Origin: a virus | Lineage: Duplodnaviria > Caudoviricetes | IMG/VR virus record: IMGVR_UViG_3300021962_000107 | Span: 1 to 61,100 of that record | Direction: 5' to 3' (one strand) | Length of the DNA stretch: 61,100 nt | Shown: positions 55,098 through 61,100 of the stretch, piece by piece | Numbering within the stretch: the stretch's first letter is position 1 | Layout of the letters: each line of letters starts with the position of its first letter | Made by a program: the position numbers and the translations under genes | The notes under the pieces: generated by a model | What the model saw: only the letters and a program-made list of their open reading frames with translations | Databases searched by the model: none | What the model was told of the DNA's origin: nothing

Positions 55098-55671
55098 TTG
55101 GAAAGATATTGGCAAACCAAGTAGATTCATATCTATTGATGCCTCTTCAACATCAGTTGCTTTTGCAATTTTTGAAAACAACTGTTTAATTAAATTTGGT
55201 AAAGTAAATTTTGTTGGAAAAGATCATTATCAAAAAGCTGGGGATGCTTGTAAAAAACTCACTCCATTAATAAAAGATTTTAATGTAAAAGCAATGGTTA
55301 TTGAAAATACAATTTTTGCAAATTCTCCAAAGACATCTATGCAACTAGCCTTAGCACAGGGGGCAGTTGTTAGTGCTGCATACCTTAATGGAGTAAAAGA
55401 TATATATCCATGTGTCCCAGTTGCTTGGCAAAACTGGATTGGAAACAAGGTTTTGACAAAAGAAGAAAAAATGTCATTAAGAAAAGAAACACCTGGAAAA
55501 TCAGAATCATGGTATAAAAATAAGGAAAGAGAGTTTAGAAAGAATAGGACTATTAGACTTATTAATATAGAATTTATGACAGATGTTAGTGATAATGATG
55601 TTGCTGATGCAATCGCAATTGGCTGGTATTCAACTAATAATTGGAATAAAATAAGCAAACTTGACTTGTAG
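55084..55671 (+). CDS. RuvC-like resolvase
   Basis: ISIDASSTSVAFA, VIE, DNDVADAIAIG. Confidence 0.8.
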   Translation: MSKNSWKDIGKPSRFISIDASSTSVAFAIFENNCLIKFGKVNFVGKDHYQKAGDACKKLTPLIKDFNVKAMVIENTIFANSPKTSMQLALAQGAVVSAAYLNGVKDIYPCVPVAWQNWIGNKVLTKEEKMSLRKETPGKSESWYKNKEREFRKNRTIRLINIEFMTDVSDNDVADAIAIGWYSTNNWNKISKLDL

Positions 55672-55675
55672 AGGA

Positions 55676-55681
55676 TATAAT
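55676..55681 (+). promoter_or_regulatory. -10 TATAAT 6 nt upstream of ATG 55688 (leaderless)
   Basis: gaTATAATgataatATG. Confidence 0.45.
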
Positions 55682-55687
55682 GATAAT

Positions 55688-55840
55688 ATGAAGATGTATG
55701 CTAACGAAAATTGGTTAAGAAAAAGATTTTTAATAGATAAAAAATCACCAGAGGACATTGCAAAAGAGTGTGGAGTTTCTGTAGAAACCATATATGTCTA
55801 TCTTGGAAAATTTGGACTAAGAAAAAGTAGGAGAAAGTAA
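55688..55840 (+). CDS. 50-aa HTH DNA-binding microprotein (not in the ORF track)
   Basis: MKMYANENWLRKRFLIDKKSPEDIAKECGVSVETIYVYLGKFGLRKSRRK*; stop overlaps the next ATG. Confidence 0.75.
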   Translation: MKMYANENWLRKRFLIDKKSPEDIAKECGVSVETIYVYLGKFGLRKSRRK

Positions 55841-56175
55841 TGGCTGAATACCCAGACTATGCATTATTTAGAAATGCAAATGAAGATAAGTTTGAAAAAA
55901 TTCTTGAACTTTCTAAAACTGCTCCAGCTGGATACAACATTCTTGCTGCATGTTTAGATATTACAGAAATGCTGCTTGAAAAAAATGTAGCATATGGAAA
56001 CTCTGCACTTAATCCTATTAGAATTTTTAGTGATGCAGATGACATGGAGCAGTTAAATGTTCGCATTGATGATAAGTTAAATAGAATTAAAAATAAAAAG
56101 CTTTATGCAGGTGACAATGACGAAGATGATTTAATTGGATATCTTTTATTAAAGAAGGCTAAAAAGCGTGGCTAA
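55840..56175 (+). CDS. DUF1599 / nucleotide-modification-associated-like helical protein
   Basis: KNVAYGNS...VRIDDKLNRI...DLIGYL. Confidence 0.6.
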   Translation: MAEYPDYALFRNANEDKFEKILELSKTAPAGYNILAACLDITEMLLEKNVAYGNSALNPIRIFSDADDMEQLNVRIDDKLNRIKNKKLYAGDNDEDDLIGYLLLKKAKKRG

Positions 56176-56455
56176 GAAAAAGATTATTTCTAAAGATAGA
56201 TTTGAAAGAAAGTTTTCAATGATTACTGAAAGTGGTCATGAAGTAAATGAAGGCGATCTTATAAAAATTGCTGGAGAACATGGTGCTACTTTTAAGTTTA
56301 AATGTCTTGTGAAAAATCCTGCAAATGGTGTAGAATGGATAGACTGCTTTCAAATGTTTAAGGACATTTCTGGACCAACAAGGTCTTTTTATCCTGACAG
56401 AGTAAAGGCAGTAAAGAAGAGAGGTAAGCGTGTCAAGCGAAGCAGCACTAGTTAA
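56168..56455 (+). CDS. Hypothetical basic protein (SH3-like beta)
   Basis: GDLIKIAGEHG...WIDC...RSFYPDRVK. Confidence 0.55.
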   Translation: MAKKKIISKDRFERKFSMITESGHEVNEGDLIKIAGEHGATFKFKCLVKNPANGVEWIDCFQMFKDISGPTRSFYPDRVKAVKKRGKRVKRSSTS

Positions 56456-56954
56456 TCATTTAGACCTTGTAAACAAGGTTGCGTCAGAGTATTTAAAAGG
56501 CTCTGATGCTTCAGAAATTTCAAAAACATTAGGAATTCCAAGAGCAAAAGTAACAGAGCTTTTGACTGACTGGAGAGTAATGGCTGCAAATAATCAAGCC
56601 ATTCATGCTCGTGCAAAAGAGGCTCTGGCAGGTGCAGATCAGCACTACTCTGCATTAATTAAAAAAGCTTATGAAGTAATTGACTCTGCAGATCAAACTG
56701 CAAACTTAACTGCAAAGACAACATCTATTAAACTTATTGCTGATATTGAAAGCAAGAGACTTGAGATGCTACAAAAAGCAGGTCTATTAGATAATCAAGA
56801 ATTAGCAGATGAACTTTTAGAAACGGAAAGAAAGCAAGAAATTCTTATTTCAATTCTAAAAGAGGTGACTTCCTCTTGTGACTCTTGTAGACCAAAAGTT
56901 TTAACTAAACTGTCTCAAGTAAATGAGGGTGGGGTTGTTGTAATTGACAATTGA
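56430..56954 (+). CDS. Probable terminase small subunit
   Basis: N-terminal HTH (ASEISKTLGIPRAKV) plus coiled coil; directly upstream of terL. Confidence 0.55.
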   Translation: MSSEAALVNHLDLVNKVASEYLKGSDASEISKTLGIPRAKVTELLTDWRVMAANNQAIHARAKEALAGADQHYSALIKKAYEVIDSADQTANLTAKTTSIKLIADIESKRLEMLQKAGLLDNQELADELLETERKQEILISILKEVTSSCDSCRPKVLTKLSQVNEGGVVVIDN

Positions 56955-58728
56955 TATTAGCGAGTTTATGGAGGCTCTTGATGAATCTCCATTCGCAGAA
57001 ACTCCAGTAGACGTAAAAACATTTGTTGAAGGCGAAAAGTATTTAAATCAACCGCCACTTTCAGAGTATCAATATACTTTAGTTGAGTGCATGAGTCAAA
57101 TCTATAAAGAAAAAGATTTGATTAGATTTATGGGTGAAGAAGCAGGTAAGCAACATTTTAAGAAGTATACAAAGAATGAAGTTATTATGCAGCTTGGAAA
57201 GGGAAGTGGAAAAGACTTTTCTTCAACAGTTGGCTGTGCATATTTAGTTTATAAACTACTGTGCTTAAAAGATCCTTCTCGTTATTTTGGTAAGCCAACA
57301 AATGATGCCATTGATATTATGAATGTTGCCATTAATGCTCAACAGGCAAAGAACGTTTTCTTCAAAGGATTTAAGACAAAGATTACTGGATCACCATGGT
57401 TTGCAGGAAAGTTTGACCCACCAAAGATTGATAGCATAGAGTTTGATAAGTCAATTACAGTTTATTCTGGACACTCTGAAAGAGAGTCTGCTGAAGGTTT
57501 AAACTTAATACTTGCAATTCTTGATGAGATATCTGGTTTTGCAATGGAGTCTGCTAGTGGAAACGATCAAGCTAAGACTGCTGACAATATTTATAAAGCG
57601 TTTCGTGGATCTGTAGACTCACGTTTTCCAGATTATGGAAAAGTTGTATTGCTATCATTCCCTCGTTTTAAGGGTGACTTTATTACAAGTAGGTATGAAG
57701 ATGTTATTGCTGAAAAAGAAACTGTTGTAAGGTCTCATGAGTTTATAATTAATCCTTTACTTTCAGAAGATGATCCAAGTAATAAATTTACTGTTGAATG
57801 GGATGAAGACATTATTAATTCATATAGGATTCCAGGAGTATTTGCTTTAAAGCGTCCAACTTGGGAAATTAATCCAACAAGAAGTATTGAAGATTTTAAA
57901 ATTGCATTTCTTACTGATATGGCTGATGCACAAATGCGTTTTGCTTGTATGCCAACAACCTCATCTGATGCATTCTTTAAGAATAGAGAAAAGCTTTCAA
58001 TGGCATTTAAAAAGACTAACCCAATTGATGTTTCTAAAAGAATTGAAGAATCTTTTACTCCAGATCCAGAAACAACTTACTATGTTCACGCTGATCTTGC
58101 ACAAAAGCATGACAAGTGTGCTGTTTCAATTGCACATGTTGATAAGTGGGTAAGTGTTCAATCTTTTAATAACTATGAACAGATTGTTCCATTTATTGTT
58201 GTAGATGCAATTGTTTATTGGGAGCCTAAAAAAGAAGGTCCAGTAGATTTGTCAGAAGTAAAAAACTGGATTATTAATTTAAGAAGGCTTGGCTTTAATC
58301 TAGGACTTGTTACCTTTGACCGCTGGAATTCTTTTGACATTCAAAGAGATTTGACAAGTGTTGGAATTAAAACAGAAACTCTCTCAGTAGCTAAGAAACA
58401 TTATGAAGACCTTTCTATGCTTATTTATGAAGAAAGAGTTGTTTTACCTCAAATAGATTTATTACTTGAAGAAATGCAAGAATTAAGAATTATGAGTAAT
58501 AATAGAGTAGACCACCCTAGAAAGAAGTCTAAGGACTTGGCTGATGCTATGTGTGGATCTGTTTACAATGCAATCAGTCATACAAGAAGAGAAAAAATTC
58601 AGGAAGTAGAAGTTCATACATACGAGTCTCGTTCAAAGATTGACAAAGAAGACAAAAACGTGATAAACTCTAAACCTGAGATGACAGAAGATATCAAAAG
58701 ATATCTGGAAAATTTTAATTTAATTTAG
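56944..58728 (+). CDS. terL: Terminase large subunit
   Basis: LGKGSGKD Walker A, AILDE Walker B, nuclease HADLA...TFDRW...DHP...SKDLADA. Confidence 0.9.
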   Translation: MTIDISEFMEALDESPFAETPVDVKTFVEGEKYLNQPPLSEYQYTLVECMSQIYKEKDLIRFMGEEAGKQHFKKYTKNEVIMQLGKGSGKDFSSTVGCAYLVYKLLCLKDPSRYFGKPTNDAIDIMNVAINAQQAKNVFFKGFKTKITGSPWFAGKFDPPKIDSIEFDKSITVYSGHSERESAEGLNLILAILDEISGFAMESASGNDQAKTADNIYKAFRGSVDSRFPDYGKVVLLSFPRFKGDFITSRYEDVIAEKETVVRSHEFIINPLLSEDDPSNKFTVEWDEDIINSYRIPGVFALKRPTWEINPTRSIEDFKIAFLTDMADAQMRFACMPTTSSDAFFKNREKLSMAFKKTNPIDVSKRIEESFTPDPETTYYVHADLAQKHDKCAVSIAHVDKWVSVQSFNNYEQIVPFIVVDAIVYWEPKKEGPVDLSEVKNWIINLRRLGFNLGLVTFDRWNSFDIQRDLTSVGIKTETLSVAKKHYEDLSMLIYEERVVLPQIDLLLEEMQELRIMSNNRVDHPRKKSKDLADAMCGSVYNAISHTRREKIQEVEVHTYESRSKIDKEDKNVINSKPEMTEDIKRYLENFNLI

Positions 58729-58743
58729 TAGAAATGGAAAATA

Positions 58744-59757
58744 ATGAGTAAGAGAGTTCTTTTAACAGGTGCAAGTGGTTTTGTTGGAAGCCATGTACTA
58801 AGGCACTTATTAGTAAACACAGACTGGTTTATAGTTTGTCCAACAACATTTACACACAAAGGTCTAACTGATAGAATCAATGTTGCATGTGATGATTTTC
58901 CAGATGCATATAGCAGAATTAAAGTAATTAAGACAGACTTAACTGCACCAATTTCTCCAGTAACAGCACACGCATTTGGAAAAATTGATTACGTTTTAAA
59001 TGTTGCTAGTGAAAGCCATGTTGATAGAAGTATTGAAGAACCAACCCCATTCATTTTGAATAATGTTTCTTTGATCTGTAACTTGCTTGATTGGGCAAGA
59101 ATTGCAAAGCCAGAAAAGTTTTTGCATATCTCAACAGATGAAGTCTATGGTCCTGCACCAAAGGGACATGCTCATAAGGAATGGGTAGATCAATACTTCC
59201 CAAGCAATCCTTATTCTGCATCAAAGGCAGCACAAGAAAGTATCGCATTCTCATACTGGAGAACTTATGGAATTCCAATTGCTATTACTAATACTATGAA
59301 TATTATTGGCGAAACTCAGGATACAGAAAAGTTTATGCCAATGGTAATTAAAAAGGTTTTGAATGGAGACACTATGAAAATTCATGCATCTCCAGAAGGT
59401 GAGATTGGAAGTCGTTTTTATTTACATGCTCGTAATCAAGCAGACGGTCTTCTTCACGTCCTTAAGCAACACTTTCCACTTTATGGAGAGTCAGACGTAC
59501 CAGAAAAGTTTCACATTGTTGGTGAAAGAGAAGTTGATAATTTAGAAATGGCTCAAATGATTGCTTCAGCAGTAGGAAAGCCACTACGTTATGAATTAGA
59601 AGACTTCCATTCTTCACGCCCAGGACATGATTTAAGATATGCATTAGATGGTAAGAAGATATCTGATACAGGTTGGACAGCCCCTATGCCATTAGAAGAA
59701 TCTATTAGAAAGACTGTTGAGTGGACTCTTAAGCATCCAGAATGGCTAAACTTGTGA
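58744..59757 (+). CDS. rmlB: dTDP-glucose 4,6-dehydratase-like SDR
   Basis: TGASGFVG, ASESHVDRSI, STDEVYG, PYSASK, RPGHDLRYALD. Confidence 0.88.
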   Translation: MSKRVLLTGASGFVGSHVLRHLLVNTDWFIVCPTTFTHKGLTDRINVACDDFPDAYSRIKVIKTDLTAPISPVTAHAFGKIDYVLNVASESHVDRSIEEPTPFILNNVSLICNLLDWARIAKPEKFLHISTDEVYGPAPKGHAHKEWVDQYFPSNPYSASKAAQESIAFSYWRTYGIPIAITNTMNIIGETQDTEKFMPMVIKKVLNGDTMKIHASPEGEIGSRFYLHARNQADGLLHVLKQHFPLYGESDVPEKFHIVGEREVDNLEMAQMIASAVGKPLRYELEDFHSSRPGHDLRYALDGKKISDTGWTAPMPLEESIRKTVEWTLKHPEWLNL

Positions 59758-60785
59758 GAGAATATTTAGCACAAAACGATATTTGTTTTGATGACATCCT
59801 AATGGTTCCACAGTATTCAGAAGTTGTTAGTAGAAGCTCTGTTGATTTAAAGATGCCAATTGGTGGATACTCTTGGTTAGATTTTCCAGTCGTTGCATCC
59901 CCAATGGATACAGTATGTGAAAAAGATATGGCTATTGCTTTAGCAGAGTCTGGTGGAATTGGAATTATTCATAGATTCATGTCTGCAAAAAGCCAGATAA
60001 GAATGGTTGAAGAAGTTTTTAACCACAATGACCTTGAGCTTCCTGTAGGAGCAGCACTATCTAGCACTTTTATTGAAGAGCATGTAGAAAATCTTATTAA
60101 TGCAGGAGCCTCTATGCTTTTAATTGATACTGCAAATGGTCATAGTAAAATGGCTATTGATGCAGTTACAAGGTTAAAAAACATTGTTGGAGAATACATT
60201 CATGTTATGGCTGGAAATATTTCCACAGTAGAAGGATATGTAGCTCTTGATGTTGCTGGTGCAGACTCTGTTAGAGTTGGCATTGGTGGTGGTAGCATGT
60301 GCACTACAAGAATAGTTTCTGGACATGGCATTCCAACACTATCTTCAATTATAAATGTCCGAGAAGCAAAAGATAAATTTAACTTAAATGCTGGAATCAT
60401 AGCAGATGGTGGAATTAGAAATACTGGAGATATGGTAAAGGCTTTTGCTGCAGGAGCAGATGCTGTAATGCTAGGATCAATGTTAGCAGGTACTGAAGAA
60501 GCTCCTGGAGATTTATATTTTGAAGGGGATAAGAAATTTAAATCTTTTAGAGGCATGGCTAGTAAAGAAGCTAATAAAGATAGAGATATTGCAGTTGCAG
60601 AAGGAATTTCTACAAGGATACCTTACAAGGGTCCTGTAAGTGATATTATTAAAGATATTAAAGGAGGACTTGGAAGTGGATGTTCATACTCTGGGGTTGA
60701 TTTTTTAATGCACCTTTATGAAAATTCAATGTATACTAAAGTTTCCCCCTTATCAGTAAAGGAGTCTTTACCACATGGAAGATAA
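59742..60785 (+). CDS. IMP dehydrogenase / GMP reductase family, no CBS domains
   Basis: SPMDTV, GGIGIIHR, DTANGH, GIGGGSMCTTR, ADGGI, GMAS, AEG. Confidence 0.88.
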   Translation: MAKLVREYLAQNDICFDDILMVPQYSEVVSRSSVDLKMPIGGYSWLDFPVVASPMDTVCEKDMAIALAESGGIGIIHRFMSAKSQIRMVEEVFNHNDLELPVGAALSSTFIEEHVENLINAGASMLLIDTANGHSKMAIDAVTRLKNIVGEYIHVMAGNISTVEGYVALDVAGADSVRVGIGGGSMCTTRIVSGHGIPTLSSIINVREAKDKFNLNAGIIADGGIRNTGDMVKAFAAGADAVMLGSMLAGTEEAPGDLYFEGDKKFKSFRGMASKEANKDRDIAVAEGISTRIPYKGPVSDIIKDIKGGLGSGCSYSGVDFLMHLYENSMYTKVSPLSVKESLPHGR

Positions 60786-61100
60786 TGACGATATCTCTGA
60801 ACAAGAACTCTCTGAAGTAATAGAATATCTTATTGAAGTAGGAGCTATGGAAATCATGGGGTATGACTCTATCTCTGATCAGTTTACCTATAAAGTTACT
60901 CCAAAATGTAAAGAGATTTATCCAGAACTTTATTATGCACATTACGAGGCTGTTGGGGAAATGGCTAGTCAGTTATGGATGAAAGATGTTATTGACATTG
61001 TTTTTACTGAAGGTCAAACAATTGTTGGCGTAACTCCAGAACAAGTTGACTATATTAGAGAAAATATGCTTACTTTTTCTGATGATGAAAGATTCTTTCT
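60775..61100 (+). CDS. Hypothetical acidic protein, 3'-truncated (not in the ORF track)
   Basis: AAGGAG SD; ATG 60775 MEDNDDISEQELSEVIEYLIEVGAMEIMG... open to the window end. Confidence 0.7.
   Translation, partial: MEDNDDISEQELSEVIEYLIEVGAMEIMGYDSISDQFTYKVTPKCKEIYPELYYAHYEAVGEMASQLWMKDVIDIVFTEGQTIVGVTPEQVDYIRENMLTFSDDERFF

Noticed and set aside
15555-58728. Inteins or introns in NrdJ, DnaB, DnaE, RecA or TerL
   Set aside because: Lengths and motif spacing are normal; no splice-junction or homing-endonuclease motifs seen
113-60942. The many other short alternative-frame and antisense ORFs in the track
   Set aside because: They lie within well-supported + strand genes and lack SDs or motifs; only 15266..15487 is accepted on the - strand
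1-61100. Alternative genetic code
   Set aside because: Known genes are full length in the standard code; TAA, TAG and TGA all act as stops at coupled junctions
1-61100. tRNA or rRNA genes, integrase or prophage boundary
   Set aside because: Intergenic gaps are under about 80 nt with no cloverleaf; no integrase, att-like repeat or host genes recognised

Overview
This window is about 61 kb of an AT-rich, long-tailed (siphovirus-like) dsDNA phage genome. Almost all genes are on the + strand, and there is no sign of host chromosome, integrase, tRNA or CRISPR. Order: tail-fibre/virion-surface genes plus an AT-rich accessory cassette (0-13 kb); holin-like gene, GT4 glycosyltransferase, amidase-like gene and class II ribonucleotide reductase (13-17.5 kb); a large minor virion protein and a complete HK97-type head and non-contractile tail module (17.5-44.5 kb); then replication, recombination and packaging genes (DnaB, primase, SSB, DnaE, MazG, RecA, resolvases, Cas4-like nuclease, terminase, RmlB, IMPDH/GMPR). 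The gene set, the holin type and several apparently leaderless promoters suggest a lytic phage of low-GC (freshwater-type) Actinobacteria; that host assignment is inference. The best candidates for undescribed biology are: (1) a 22-Cys mirror-symmetric 'disulfide ladder' insert in a putative fibre protein, next to a duplicated cassette of Cys-bearing proteins; (2) a possible virion-glycosylation system, with a GT60-like hydroxyproline GlcNAc-transferase, GT4 and two NDP-sugar dehydratases as writers, and polyproline/extensin-like tracts and a recurrent Ser-Ala-Ser motif in structural proteins as possible targets. All family calls come from motif recognition by eye; no database searches were run.
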